Of a stretch of 64,000 nt of DNA, positions 1 through 13,809 are shown one piece after another. Positions within the stretch are counted from its first letter, which is position 1; the number at the start of each line of letters is the position of its first letter. The DNA is from Ylistrum balloti (Eukaryota), in contig NW_026782411.1 in the NCBI RefSeq assembly GCF_031769215.1, positions 62,001 through 126,000 of the forward strand, written 5' to 3'. The translations under genes were made by a program, and so were the position numbers. The notes beneath the pieces were generated by a model. That model ran no database searches. It was given only the letters and a program-made list of their open reading frames with translations, and was not told the origin of the DNA.

Positions 1-1209
1 ACGTGAACTCGAGTAAAATCAACGTCCGTCTACACATCACACGGGGACTCGAGTAAAATCAGTGTCCGTCTTCACCTTATACGTAAAGTCGAGTAAAATC
101 AGTGTCCGTCTACACATCACACGGGGACTCGCGTAAAATCAGTGTCCGTCTTCACCTTATACGTGAAGTCGAGTAAAAACAGTGTCCGTCTACACATCAC
201 ACGGGGACTCGCGTAAAATCAGTGTCCGTCTTCACCTTATACATGAACTGAAGTAAATCAGTGTCCGTCTACACATCACACGCGGACTCGAGTAAGATCA
301 GTGTCCGTCTACACATCACACGTGGACTCGAGTAAGATCAGTGTCCGTCTTCACTTTATACGTGAACTCGAGTAAAATCAACGTCCGTCTACACATCACA
401 CGGGGACTCGAGTAAAATCAGTGTCCGTCTTCACCTTATACGTGAAGTCGAGTAAAATCAGTGTCCGTCTACACATCACACGGGGACTCGCGTAAAATCA
501 GTGTCCGTCTTCACCTTATACGTGAAGTCGAGTAAAATCAGTGTCCGTCTACACATCACACGGGGACTCGCGTAAAATCAGTGTCCGTCTTCACCTTATA
601 CATGAACTGAAGTAAATCAGTGTCCGTCTACACATCACACGCGGACTCGAGTAAGATCAGTGTCCGTCTACACATCACACGTGGACTCGAGTAAGATCAG
701 TGTCCGTCTTCACCTTATACGTGAACTCGAGTAAAATCAACGTCCGTCTACACATCACACGGGGACTCGAGTAAAATCAGTGTCCGTCTTCACCTTATAC
801 GTGAACTCGAGTAAAATCATTGTCCGTCTACACATCACACGGGGACTCGAGTAAAATCAGTGTCCGTCTTCACCTTATACGTGAACTCGAGTAAAATCAA
901 CGTCCGTCTACACATCACACGGGGACTCGAGTAAAATCAGTGTCCGTCTTCACCTTATACGTGAACTCGAGTAAAATCAGTGTCCGTCTACACATCACAC
1001 GGGGACTCGAGTAAAATCAGTGTCCGTCTTCACCTTATACGTGAACTCGAGAAAAATCAGTGTCCGTCTACACATCACACGGGGACTCGAGTAAGATCAG
1101 TGTCCGTCTACACATCACACGGGGACTCGAGTAAGATCAGTGTCCGTCTATACATCACACGGGGACTCGAGTAAGATCAGTGTCCGTCTACACATCACAC
1201 GGGGACTCA
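1..1209. repeat. Tandem array, 40-bp unit (ACTCGAGTAAAATCAGTGTCCGTCT + ACACATCACACGGGG or TCACCTTATACGTGA), ~30 copies, truncated by window start
   Basis: Period read directly: ACTCGAG at 725, 765, 805. The two unit types mostly alternate, giving an 80-bp dimer. Confidence 0.97.
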
Positions 1210-1769
1210 TTATACGGTTAACTAAGTAATTAATCCTACGAAGTTACCAAGATGGGATGTTTATGTATCACAATATACATAACTTATTCGTCAAACTAGA
1301 TAGGAAAATTGTTGTGAATAAACTTGTTCTTAATCTAGCGATTGAAAACGAAATCATGTTAAACGTTTCCGAGCGGGAAATATCTATGTTTTCTTCTAAT
1401 TAGTTTATCTAATTAACTACAAGGTTAATACATAGAGAGAAATTCTTTCTGATTAAAAGACGAGTCTAGGGCTTGATAGAAGGTTATACACAAGTAAATA
1501 CTTCTTGTTTCGAACAATGCACTGCTTTACTGATTAAATAACAACAACATTTAATAGGTAGATTATCTACCTGTGGCGATGATATTGTATACAGACACAT
1601 ATGACGTATGTGCTGTTTACGTTGATAATCAATTACTACACACATTCTTCAACCCTATTAACATGTGTGGGTACATATCAGACATACACAATACGTATAT
1701 TCTAACAGTAATTACTACGTATTAGTAAATCACCATCTATTGTCTTGGAATACTGACCCCAGTTTCGGC

Positions 1770-2100
1770 GTTTATTTTGTACAGCTAGTCTTGACGATAT
1801 TCTCTTCGAAATTTAAAGTCTTACAGTGTGTTTCTGTGTTTATTTAGTACAGCTAGTCTTGACGTTACTTTCTTCTGTATTTAATTCCTTACAGTGTGTT
1901 TCTGTGTTTATTTAGTACAGCTAGTCTTGACGTTACTTTCTTCTGTATTTAATTCCTTACAGTGTGTTTCTGTGTTTATTTAGTACAGCTAGTCTTGACG
2001 TTACTTTCTTCTGTATTTAATTCCTTACAGTGTGTTTCTGTGTTTATTTAGTACAGCTAGTCTTGACGATGCTTTCTTCGTTCCTTACAGTGTGTTTGGG
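1770..2100. repeat. Tandem array, 68-bp unit, ~4.8 copies
   Basis: GTACAGCTAGTCTTGACG at 1779, 1847, 1915, 1983, 2051. Confidence 0.95.
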
Positions 2101-3024
2101 CGTTTTGACGAATCAATATTGGTCCGGTTTTCCATGTAACTTTTCCATACAAACCTTTCCATTTTTTTTCCGAAGATGGATTTTAATTCTACCAATATCA
2201 TTCTGATAAGACCATGCTATTCTTATCGGCTTTTTTCTACTTGTCAGCAACGATTCTGTTTATCAGGGTTTAATTCGTGATCGATTCCATTAATTGTTTA
2301 CCAAGAGACAAACTTCTGAAAAAGTCTTGATAACTGAAGACAATACTCCTCTTATACAAGAATACACCCCTAAAGAAGTCTTTACAAGAACCAAAAGGCT
2401 TTGCAATAGGCATATTTCTATCTAGGATCCCATACCAAACGCGTCCATAAAAGCTGTTTGTCTTCGGTGTTTGGCAGTAGCCAAGTTACACCCCTGCCAT
2501 TTGGTATCTGTAATGAAGTCATCGCGGTTGAAGAATATAGTTTATCGAAACCGCTCCTTCCTGCTGCACATTGAAATATGACCCTGTTTACTTAATATGA
2601 TCATTTAATAAAATGTCCAAAAAGAAAAATATCTCTCCCTGTCTGGTTTCACCGTAACTGTGGGGACATGGGTTTCACAAAGACGTTCCGAGGGCTCCCA
2701 TTTCTAACAGCAATATCATAGATATGGTAGTAACGAGTGTATATCATTCCTCAACCAAACTTAATCTCTCCTGAATATTGAGTAAATCTGGGTTAGTTTT
2801 TAATTTCGTACACATGCTTTGTGACATATATTTATCTCCATGACTATGAGGACATCATAGAAAGTAAATGAAATGTCCTCATATAGCTAAGAGGGAGAGC
2901 GACGACGAAAATATGATTTTGCGGGCACTTTTGAGGTAGTGAATAGTATGTGAGGACATTTAATACAATTCATTTTTCTTGGCATTTCGTGCAATTTCAT
3001 TGTAATTCAAGTGACCGTTATTGC

Positions 3025-3260
3025 NNNNNNNNNNNNNNNNNNNNNNNNNNNNNNNNNNNNNNNNNNNNNNNNNNNNNNNNNNNNNNNNNNNNNNNNNNNN
3101 NNNNNNNNNNNNNNNNNNNNNNNNNNNNNNNNNNNNNNNNNNNNNNNNNNNNNNNNNNNNNNNNNNNNNNNNNNNNNNNNNNNNNNNNNNNNNNNNNNNN
3201 NNNNNNNNNNNNNNNNNNNNNNNNNNNNNNNNNNNNNNNNNNNNNNNNNNNNNNNNNNNN
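3025..3260. other. Assembly gap (236 N)
   Basis: Run of N. Confidence 1.
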
Positions 3261-6200
3261 CTCTCTCTTTTATTTCGTCTTAGGTAGTTATCATTATTTT
3301 TCAGTAGCGACAACTTGGTATTTATTGTATTTTTTCTTTGTTTGAACGCTTTCGCGATCTCATATAATCATTAAATAATTGTAATGGTTGTTGTAGCTCT
3401 TTGTAGAGTGTTAGATCCTTTGTCTAAAACTATATCTATCTTGTTCGCATGTAAGTCATTTTAATTTTGGAGATGGCGGTAACGTTTTCATACTCGTGCG
3501 CTTTTCCGATTGGGGAGCTAGAGTACTATATATAAGAAAGTCAGCCGTCTAGAAAACTTTGAACAAACTGAGAGTGCAACAATGTAGAGGAATGAAGAAT
3601 GTGCTTTATGATAAACAGTCTATACTCCTGCAACAAACACGCAAAAAACCAAGCTACGTGTAAAATTCTCCCAACAAACGACTACAACTTGGTCCTCTAA
3701 ATATGTTTTCTGATAGCAGTTGTAAATAAGTAAAATTAAGGATTTCTTTTCAGTGTTATGTAATTAAAACATTCCAAAGACTCAGATTTTAATGGCGATG
3801 CACCGTATCCTTTGGGCATGTTATCATAACATGTCTTCTTATCGATGATACATATACACAATGTAGTAAGAAATGGATCCAGAAACCTATTTGAAAATTC
3901 GTCTAAATCTTAATCTGAAACCCGCCGCTGTCTTATCTCATTGCTCTGAATTTAGAAATTAAAGTGGGTTGACAAGTCAAGTTATCACGAGCAAAACGTT
4001 ACAGAGAGAAGTTTCCGACCAATTCTCAAACTTAGATACACAGTCTAAATTCACGTTTCTTTTTGTCTCCTACTGTGCCCACTTCCGGATTCATTTTCAT
4101 GATGTAGATTATACCATGTACACAGATAAGGGTGACGTAACCTCGTGCCTACTTACGGTAGACCTCATAAACAATCATGAATGAAAGTGCAGATAGACCA
4201 GACGTTAAGAAAAAATGGCGGGCCAGCTGGATGCTTTCATCTGGGTATTCGAACAGAGGTCGGCATCCACGCATCAACAATCACAAAATATTCCATAAAT
4301 ATTGTCGTTAGTTTTTCTTCGCGTCTTTTGAGTTTGTTTAAAGGGAAGAAGAAAGCCTCTTTATTGAGTTAATCCACGCATGCCATATTCTCCCTAACAC
4401 CTACACGTCATGCACTCATCTCCGTCGTTGACCAGTCTCCTTGAAACACGAACTTCTTCAACTGTTCCAATAGATAATGGTGTGACGATAAAAAGATGAG
4501 AGTGCCTGGAAAACTTATCTGTATGAGTTAATTGATATCTGATAAACTGACGTTTGGTAGTCTTAAGCGACGTACATGTACTAAATGTAGGATTTAGTTT
4601 CACTTTCCGTATATTTAATACTATCGAGATGGGTGGTGGGAGAGTGCCATCCAACAGTTTTTATGGGTCGGTACCTACAACAACCAACGCACTGTGCGTA
4701 TCTCCTCGTAATAAAAGCTTACTTGTGATATGTTAATTATACATCAAACTCAGCGTGATGCTCGGCGGTAATGACCCCCTCCCGAACAGCACAGGGCTCA
4801 CAATACTGGCTAATTAGTGCTAGGCTGTCGGTTCCCCCCTTTACCCCTAAATCGCAGGTATCCTCCTTGTGTCAGACACAGCCAAATGTTTTCACTGCCA
4901 GTGTCTTACAGCACCAAACAAACTTGCCCGGAAAGTCTGTTTTATTCCTGGGACGGAAATTTTTCACAATTTACAATTTAACTGAGAACTGTCAGTGGTA
5001 AGGATGTATGTTCAGAACTACTGACACACGAATGCGCGAGAGGAAAAGATGGAGCCTATCAGCTGATACGTGATCATAACGCGAGCCTGATGCTATATAC
5101 CTTGTATCTTCAATGGAGTGTGCTTATCTTGCGGTAGCATTCCGTTCCGAGTTCGCGCCGGGAGTCGCTATCCCAGCCAGCTTCTGAAGCTATTATACAA
5201 GAAACCTGCGCCAGAGTGAACATTTTGAAAGTTATTCAAGTAGACTTTACGCCAAAAAAACTTATCAATTTTTGTGAATTTGAATGTGATGGTAAATGTA
5301 TAGTGTAGGCACGTGCCTGTAACACGAGCTTCACTCTTCAGTCTGTGTACATAGAGTTAGGGTGTGTTAGACTGGTGCCGTGCCATAACGGAGTTCGCGT
5401 GTTTGTCTCCCCACTGTATATCTACGTGTAAATCTCGTGCATCTGACCCACACGTGCTGACAAACTGCCGGGAGGGGGACGGAGAACGGAGGGAAGCCAT
5501 TAGTAGTGGACACGAATATGTGACAGGGACGTTTGTAACTTGGCCCCTCCGTCCCACCCCCGAAGAGGACTTAATCATATAGCATGACCCGACGTTACTC
5601 CCGGGACCTCGGCAGTTCGGTGAGTAGACACGCCCCAAAGCCCCACCCCTACATCCCAACCTTTTTATTAAGCTCACTAATAGTAAGGAATTCATCAGGG
5701 ATCAAATATTCCCGTTGTTACAATTGTGTTCACTTGGTATTGGTGTAATGCTAAATGAGCAAATTGTACAAAATTGTTTGAAAACTTCTGAAAGTGTCTT
5801 GTTGCTGTTAAAACCGAGACGAGGACAGCATTTCAAACCGTTTTATACCGTCATGAAATATAACCCGATAGAGAACGATTCAAACAATGGATCGATGGCG
5901 TAATATTATGTGTGTTGATGAGGATTCAAGCATCTGATAGTGTCTCTCACAATGTGTTTGGTTGCCAAAAATGACGCATCGAATATTGGAAAAGACATTC
6001 CATAGCAGTTCATCACCGGACCGTGTAAACTTGACAAAATACATTATGTGTGTTACTTAAACGACTTTCAAAACCAGATAGACAATACCAGTACAGTGAT
6101 TCTCACAGAAATCATTTCAAAAATCTAAGCATAATCTATTATTTCAGTGAATCATTTTATAGCGAAAATTAGGAAGATAATATCGCTTCGTGTGGAGACG

Positions 6201-7925
6201 ATCACAAATATTAGGAAGGGACCACAGAGAAAAAGTGATAACATTCAGTATGTAAGTAATGTGTGTTCAGCGCTCATCGTTCTACACGATTTTCCTAACT
6301 GGACAGGCACTTTTGGACTGACGAAGTGATTTGGCACAAATGGCGGAAAACGTGTTATTAATTAACCTCGTTATTAATGCATTGATAGACAATGATGATC
6401 ATAAATATTTTGTCTCCGGAATACAAGTAAAACAACATTTATCTACATTCTATATCTATAAAACATCCTAGTAGGTTCGTCTTAGTAATCTGTCTGTTCG
6501 ATACCCCCGGGATTGTCTTGGACTTGGGGAGGGGGGGCAGGGCTAGAGATGGTCATTATGTTACTAATGAGACTGACAGGGTATATATATTGGTATGACA
6601 CTCTCCCCGCTATACCCCCCTTCAATCACTGTCAGCTGTCTCCACACCATGTAGTTAGCCCACTATCTGACTCACCATCGCGTGTTTTTACGTATCTTAT
6701 TGTTCGAAACCAACCGGATTAAAAAAGCTCTGGAAAAAAAGAGAAAACCAGGGATTTCTTGTTTATGTTTCTTGAAACGAGGTTATATTTAGAGAAAGTT
6801 AGCGGCCGATTTGGCTTAATTAGAGAGAAAATGTATTGGTGACTAACTAAACCATTTAATTAACCAAACCCATATACACGTTGCGATAATCTGATATTGG
6901 TCGATATTTAACTAAGGCTTTGTAACTTACTAATCCATCTCATCAGTAAAGGTACTGTTAAATTCTATCAATCATTATATACGTATAATATATGTGAATG
7001 AATCATTTTTGATATAGCAGTAAACAAAATAATCCACTGCTATTAAAAGAAAAAAAAGTTATCATTTAGAAATTGAAAGCGTGCCTATGAACCGAGTTGT
7101 AATGAAAGATGCCCATCTTATCATTATATCTGTAAATTAAAACGATTCAATTAGTTCTTGAATTAGTTATGTAGAAAGAAATAATTAGGAAACTACAATA
7201 ATATGCAAAAGGATGTTTTATCTATTAGTACATATATATATATATATATACGTTCGCACGTGCATTTCATATTAGTTTTGGATATGCGCAGTAGATTTTG
7301 ACATCTAACGACAAGGGTGTTTCACCGACAAACAGAAGATCCCAGTACTGTACAACTGTTCTAGAGCCGAATAAAAACAACAAAGTATATATATAGATAT
7401 TTAAAAAAGTGCACGTGCATTTCAAAAGATTTTTCGATCGTTTCGACATTTTACGGATTATGGTCATAGCGTACCAGCTTATTTGATCTATGTATACACT
7501 GAAAATGTATTTCAAAACACGTTAAGATCATAATCGTGTAGATAAAGTATGGAAAATTATTACAGTTTTTAACATACGTTATATAATTGAGAACTTAATT
7601 ATATAAACAGAATTAATATTTTTCGTTTAAGTATATGAAATTAATTTACCTTTTTCAAAAAAAAAATCATTTCACTTTTTTCCAAATGAATGATGAAAAT
7701 TGAGATAAAGGTGATTCATAAACACTGTATTAAAGGTTTTAAGATTGAAGTTGTATTACATAAACTTATCACAGAATTATGTTACAGATAATTAAAAACC
7801 TTAATGATGATGAGGTATGAGTCATTATGACAACAGAGATCACAATCTAGGTTTCTGTGTGAAATAATTTAAAGGATGTTTAAATTTAAAGAGAATGTTT
7901 CAAAAACATTTCACTGATGGTTTAC

Positions 7926-10900
7926 GATACAAGTAAATACAATGTCCCTCTCCACTATAAATTCTATAAAACTTGATACAAGTAATTTCACATTACCATG
8001 TCCCTCTCCACTATGAATTCTATAAAACTTGATGTAAGTAATTTCAACATTACAATGTCCCTCTCCGCTATGAATTCTATAAAACTTGATACACGTAATT
8101 TAAACATTACAAAGTCCTCTCCGCTATGAATTCTATAAAACTTGATGTAAGTAATTTCACATTACCATGTCCCTCTCTTATCTATATAAAACTTCTATAG
8201 TTAACCGGATGTAAGATAATTCTGTAAACTATAAAACTTGTTGATTGGTTAATCGTCCCTCTCCGCTATGATATTTTCTATAAAACTTGTTGATTGGTTA
8301 ATCGTCGTGGTATAGATATTTCTGTATATAAAACTTGTTGATTGGTTAATCGTCGTGGTATAGATATCTTCTGTACTATAAATTCTGTTGATTGGTTAAA
8401 AAGTGGTATAGAATTTCACCCGGTATAGATATTTCTGTATCCTATAAAACTTGTTGATGGTTAATCGTCCTGGATATACCCGGTATAGATATTCTATAAA
8501 ACTTGATGATTAAGTTAATCGTCAACATTATAGATGTCCCTCTCCGCTATGTATTCTATAAAACTTGTTGATTGGTTAATCGTCGTGGTATAGATATTTC
8601 TGTATTCTATAAAACTTGTTGATAAGTTAATCGTCGTGGTATAGATATTTCTGTATCCTATAAAACTTGTTGATTGGTTAATCGTCGTGGTATAGATATA
8701 CCCGGTATAGATATTTCTGTATCCTATAAAACCTGTTGATTGGTTAATCGTCGTGGTATACCCGGTATAGATATTTCTGTATCCTATAAAACTTGTTGAT
8801 TGGTTAATCGTCGTGGTATAGATATTTCTGTATCCTATAAAACTTGTTGATTGGTTAATCGTCGTGGTATAGATATTTCTGTATTCTATAAAACTTGTTG
8901 ATTGGTTAATCGTCGTGGTATAGATATTTAGATATTTCTGTATTCTATAAAACTTGTTGAAGTAATTTCACATGGTTAATGTCCCGGTATATATTTCTGT
9001 ATTCTATAAAACTTGTTGATTGGTTAATCGTCGTGGTATAGATATTTCTGTATCCTATAAAACTTGTTGATTGGTTAATCGTCGTGGTATAGATATACCC
9101 GGTATAGATATTTCTGTATCCTATAAAACTTGTTGATTGGTTAATCGTCGTGGTATAGATATACCCGGTATAGATATTTCTGTATTCTATAAAACTTGTT
9201 GATTGGTTAATCGTCGTGGTATAGATATTTCTGTATTCTATAAAACTTGTTGATTGGTTAATCGTCGTGGTATAGATATACCCGGTATAGATATTTCTGT
9301 ATCCTATAAAACTTGTTGATTGGTTAATCGTCTATAAAACTTGTAATGGTATAGATATATTCTATAAAACTTGGTATAGATATTTCTGTATTCTATAAAA
9401 CTTGTTGATTGGTTAATCGTCGTGGTATAGATATTTCTGTATCCTATAAAACTTGTTGATAAGTTAATCGTCGTGGTATAGATATTTCTGTATTCTATAA
9501 AACTTGTTGATAAGTTAATCGTCGTGGTATAGATATTCTATAAAACTTGTTGATTGGTTAATCGTCGTGGTATATTTCTATAAAATTCTATAAAACTTGA
9601 TTGTAATTTGGTTAATGTCCCTGGTTCCATACCCGGTATAGATATTTCTGTATTCTATAAAACTTGTTGATTGGTTAATCGTCGTGGTATAGATATACCC
9701 TCTATAGATATTTCTATATAAAACTTGTTGATTGGTTAATCAACATATACCCGGTATAAATTCTATAAAACTTGTTGATTGGTTAATCGTCGTGGTATAG
9801 ATATACCCGGTATTGATATTTCTGTATTCTATAAAACCTGTTGATTGGTTAATCGTCGTGGTATAGATATTTCTGTATCCTATAAAACTTGTTGATTGGT
9901 TAATCGTCGTGGTATAGATATTTCTGTATTCTATAAAACTTGTTGATTGGTTAATCGTCGTGGTATAGATATTTCTGTATTCTATAAAACTTGTTGATTG
10001 GTTAATCGTCGTGGTATAGATATACCCGGTATAGATATTTCTGTATTCTATAAAACTTGTTGATTGGTTAATCGTCGTTACAATATACCCTCTAGATATT
10101 TCTATAAATTCTATAAAACTTGTTGATACAAGTTAATCACATACCCGGTATAGATATTTCTATGAATTCTATAAAACTTGTTGATTGGTTAATCACATTA
10201 CAATGTCCCTCTCCGCTATGAATTCTATAACACTTGATACAAGTAATTTCACATTACAATAAAACTTGTTGATTGGTTAATCGTCGTGGTATAGATATAC
10301 CCGGTATGTTAATAGTCGTGGTATAGATATTTCTGTATCCTATAAAACTTGTTGATTGGTTAATTCGTGGTATAGATACTTGATACTAGTAAATTTATTG
10401 GTTAATATTTCTGTCCCTATAAAACTATGTTGATTGGTTAAACTTGATACAAGTATATTTAAACATTACAATGTCCCTCTATAAAACTATTGGTTAATTC
10501 TATAAAACACGATAAAGTATATTTCACATTAAAATGTCCCTCTCGTCGTGGCTATGAATTCTGTATGTCCTATAAAACTTGATAAAACGTAATTTAATAC
10601 TGTATTCTATAAAACTTGTTGAAAAGTTCTCCGGTATGAATTCTATAAAACTTGTTGATAATTTAAACATTACAATGTCCTCTCCGCTATAAATTCTATA
10701 AAACACGATAAAAGTAATTTCACATTACAATGTCCCTCTCCGCTATGAATTCTATAAAACTTGATGTAAGTAATTTCAACATTACAATGTCCCTCTCCGC
10801 TATGAATTCTATAAAACTTGATACAAGTTATATCAACATTACAATGTCCCTCTCCACTATGAATTCTATAAAACTTGATACAAGTAATTTCACATTACAA

Positions 10901-11274
10901 TGTCCCTCTCCACTATGAATTCTATAAAACTTGATACAAGTAATTTCACATTACAATGTCCCTCTCCACTATGAATTCTATAAAACTTGATACAAGTAAT
11001 TTCACATTACAATGTCTCTCTCCACTATGAATTCTATAAAACTTGATACAAGTTATATCAACATTACAATGACCCTCTCCACTATGAATTTTATAAAACA
11101 CGATACAAGTTATATCAACATTACAATGTCTCTCTCCACTATGAATTCTATAAAACTTGATACAAGTAATTTAAACATTACAATGTCCCTCTCCGCTATG
11201 AATTCTATAAAACACGATACAAGTTATATCAACATTACAATGACCCTCTCCACTATGAATTCTATAAAACTTGA
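7926..11274. repeat. Compound satellite: 56/57-bp unit (ACAATGTCCCTCTCCACTATGAATTCTATAAAACTTGATACAAGTAATTTCACATT) on both flanks, with a 51/66-bp unit (TTCTATAAAACTTGTTGATTGGTTAATCGTCGTGGTATAGATAT[ACCCGGTATAGATAT]TTCTGTA) inside (~8180-10660)
   Basis: Periods read directly: 10861/10917 = 56 bp and 9901/9952 = 51 bp. The two units share the 14-mer TTCTATAAAACTTG. The junction zones are mosaic. Confidence 0.93.
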
Positions 11275-11876
11275 GAAATAACATAATGTGATGACAATGA
11301 TATATTGTTTATCATTCAATAGATGTGATAATACCTGTACAACAAATACAAGCTGATGACTTAATGTCACGTTAACTAAACAGGGAATATTGTTGGGCAA
11401 AAATACAATTGGGTGTACTTCTCGAATCTTCAATCTGCAGATCGCAAATTATCATTGACAATAGAAACAGATCTTGCGTTTATAGATCAAATAATTGAAA
11501 CGAAATATCTTCACGCTTCCCAAATGTGTCCACTTACGAATGTAAGTGAGTTTCCAAACTTTACACACAATTTACTAGATATATTACGTCCGAGCTCGGT
11601 AACTGTTTACTGAGTCCTAAGATCTTTGTACTTAGTATTCATAAACATGACCTGTAAACTATCTCAATCGGCAGTTATGTCGACTAGGCAAACTCAGACA
11701 CATTCTGGCCTGGCCGTTTTGTTCTTTCTGTGTATCTTATCTACCCGTTTCTCCGTCATGTTACCAAGTACATGGTCATAACGATAGAATGTTCACACGT
11801 GGATCCAATCTCTCCTCGTGCATGAAGTTTAGGCTGTCGAGTCATTCAGAACAATTGTGTCGTACACCAACATCTT

Positions 11877-12381
11877 ACACCTGGTCGAGTGTGGTAGACA
11901 TTCACTACACATGGCCAGGTGTGGCAGACGTTCACTTCACATGGTCAAGTGTGGTAGACATCCATTACACATGGTCAAGTGTGGTAGACGTTAACTACAC
12001 ATGGCCAGGTGTGGTAGACATCCATTACACATGATCAGGTGTGGTAGACGTTCACTTCACATGGTCAAGTGTGGTAGAAGTTCACTACACGTGGCCAGGT
12101 GTGGTAGACGTTCACTTCACATGGTCAAGTGTGGTAGACGTTCACTTCACATAGTCAAGTGTGGTAGACATTCACTACACATGGCCGGGTGTGGTAGACA
12201 TTCACTACACATGATCAGGTGTGGTAGACGTTCACTTCACATGGCCTGGTGTGGTAGACGTTCACTTCACATGGTCAAGTGTGGTAGACATTCACTACAT
12301 ATGGCCAGGTGTGGTAGACATCCATTACACATGATCAGGTGTGGTAGACGTTCACTTCACATGGTCAGGTGTGATAGACAT
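11877..12381. repeat. Tandem array, 30-bp unit (ACATGGTCAAGTGTGGTAGACGTTCACTTC), ~17 copies
   Basis: 30-bp period; source of the 10-aa repeat ORF 12001-12420. Confidence 0.96.
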
Positions 12382-12390
12382 ACGGTAATC

Positions 12391-12850
12391 TTAATCTACA
12401 TATGGTTCACGTGGTCTTAATGTACATATGGTTCACGTGACCTTAATGTATATATTGTTCACGTGGTCTTAATGTACATATGGTTCACGTGATCTTAATG
12501 TTCATATGGTTCACGTGATCTTAATGTACATATGGTTCACGTGGTCTTAATGTACATATGGTTCACGTGGTCTTAATTTACATATGGTTCACGTGGTCTT
12601 AATGTTCATATGGTTCACGTGATCTTAATGTACATATGGTTCACGTGGTCTTAATGTACATATGGTTCACGTGGTCTTAATTTACATATGGTTCACGTGG
12701 TCTTAATGTTCATATGGTTCACGTGATCTTAATGTACATATGGTTCACGTGGTCTTAATGTACAAATGGTTCACGTGACCTTAATGTACATATTGTTCAC
12801 GTGGTCTTAATGTACATATGGTTCACGTGGTCTTAATGTACATATGGTTC
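12391..12850. repeat. Tandem array, 26-bp unit (ACATATGGTTCACGTGGTCTTAATGT), ~17 copies
   Basis: GTGGTCTT at 12541 and 12567; abuts the preceding 30-bp array. Confidence 0.96.
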
Positions 12851-13538
12851 GCCAATGTAACACAATTTCTAGGTCCATGTTTCCATGGTATATATAATTG
12901 TATAGTACATTAGTATACATCTAGCATATTGTAACGTACTGCAGTAAGAATCTTGTCAAAAAAACACAGACAAATGGTAAGAATTGACACCAGTAAAAGT
13001 TTTCAATGTATACTCAATTTGTTCACTTAAATTGCATCGACCGATATAAAAATAAATAACGTAACAAGTTTTAAACAATCGACGAAAGACAAAGTCGTAC
13101 ACTTTAATAGTCTATAAACTCGGAGTTTGTCTAACCGTCTGACGCTCCGGTTTGTTTATATCTGTCCTCACATACTTGCCATTAGTGTAAGCTCGCGGGG
13201 TCAGTCAGTACAGTTATAACCAAAATCTTTGAAAAAGGTACTTGATCTGTTCTGTGATGATGTATATGTTATTGAAGATCCACCCCCACTGGTAAGCACG
13301 TGAACTCTTCCGTGTAATCTCTTATAATACACATGGACCTCAAAGTTTCTTTGAGGCTCGAAACAGCAACATGAATTTCCACTATACAAGCATGCTTTTA
13401 TTATTTTGTCTAGTCGATTGAAAAAGTTCCTCTGTTTATAGACAATCCGCGAGTATAATGACTTTAAGTTTGCTTTTTAATGTGTTCCATCTTCAAAACT
13501 TTTGGTACCCTTCTAGTGTTTGTTTAGGTACTTTCCAG

Positions 13539-13618
13539 GAGCACATCCGTCCAGCGGATATTGTCACCACAGTGTTCACTAACACGACGCCATCTAGATC
13601 GGGATCACCTATAGAATG
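13539..13618 (+). CDS. Putative small exon, mostly 5'UTR, ending in the initiator ATG (13616-13618) of the predicted long FHOD isoform
   Basis: Acceptor TTTCCAG ends at 13538 (alternative TTTAG ends at 13527). Donor ATG|GTAAAC at 13619. In-frame TAG at 13595-13597 upstream, and A at -3. Joins exon 13810 in phase 0 across a 191-nt intron to give MRRRSYSVSS. Inference from signals only. Confidence 0.4.
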
Positions 13619-13809
13619 GTAAACACACGTTATTTTTAATGGCGCTAGGCCCTGTAATTTAACATGTGCATCTTAATTTTATTTTGAAACATAAGCTACT
13701 GTTCGAAAATATTGCACCACATTCCAAGAATCCTGTTGCGTTGCATAATATCTTGGCGATTGGCACCGCGGGCTGTAATTTATCAAAATGTACTGTTTAT
13801 TTTGTCTAG

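Noticed and set aside
2950-3345. ORFs spanning the N run
   Set aside because: Artefacts of translating the assembly gap.
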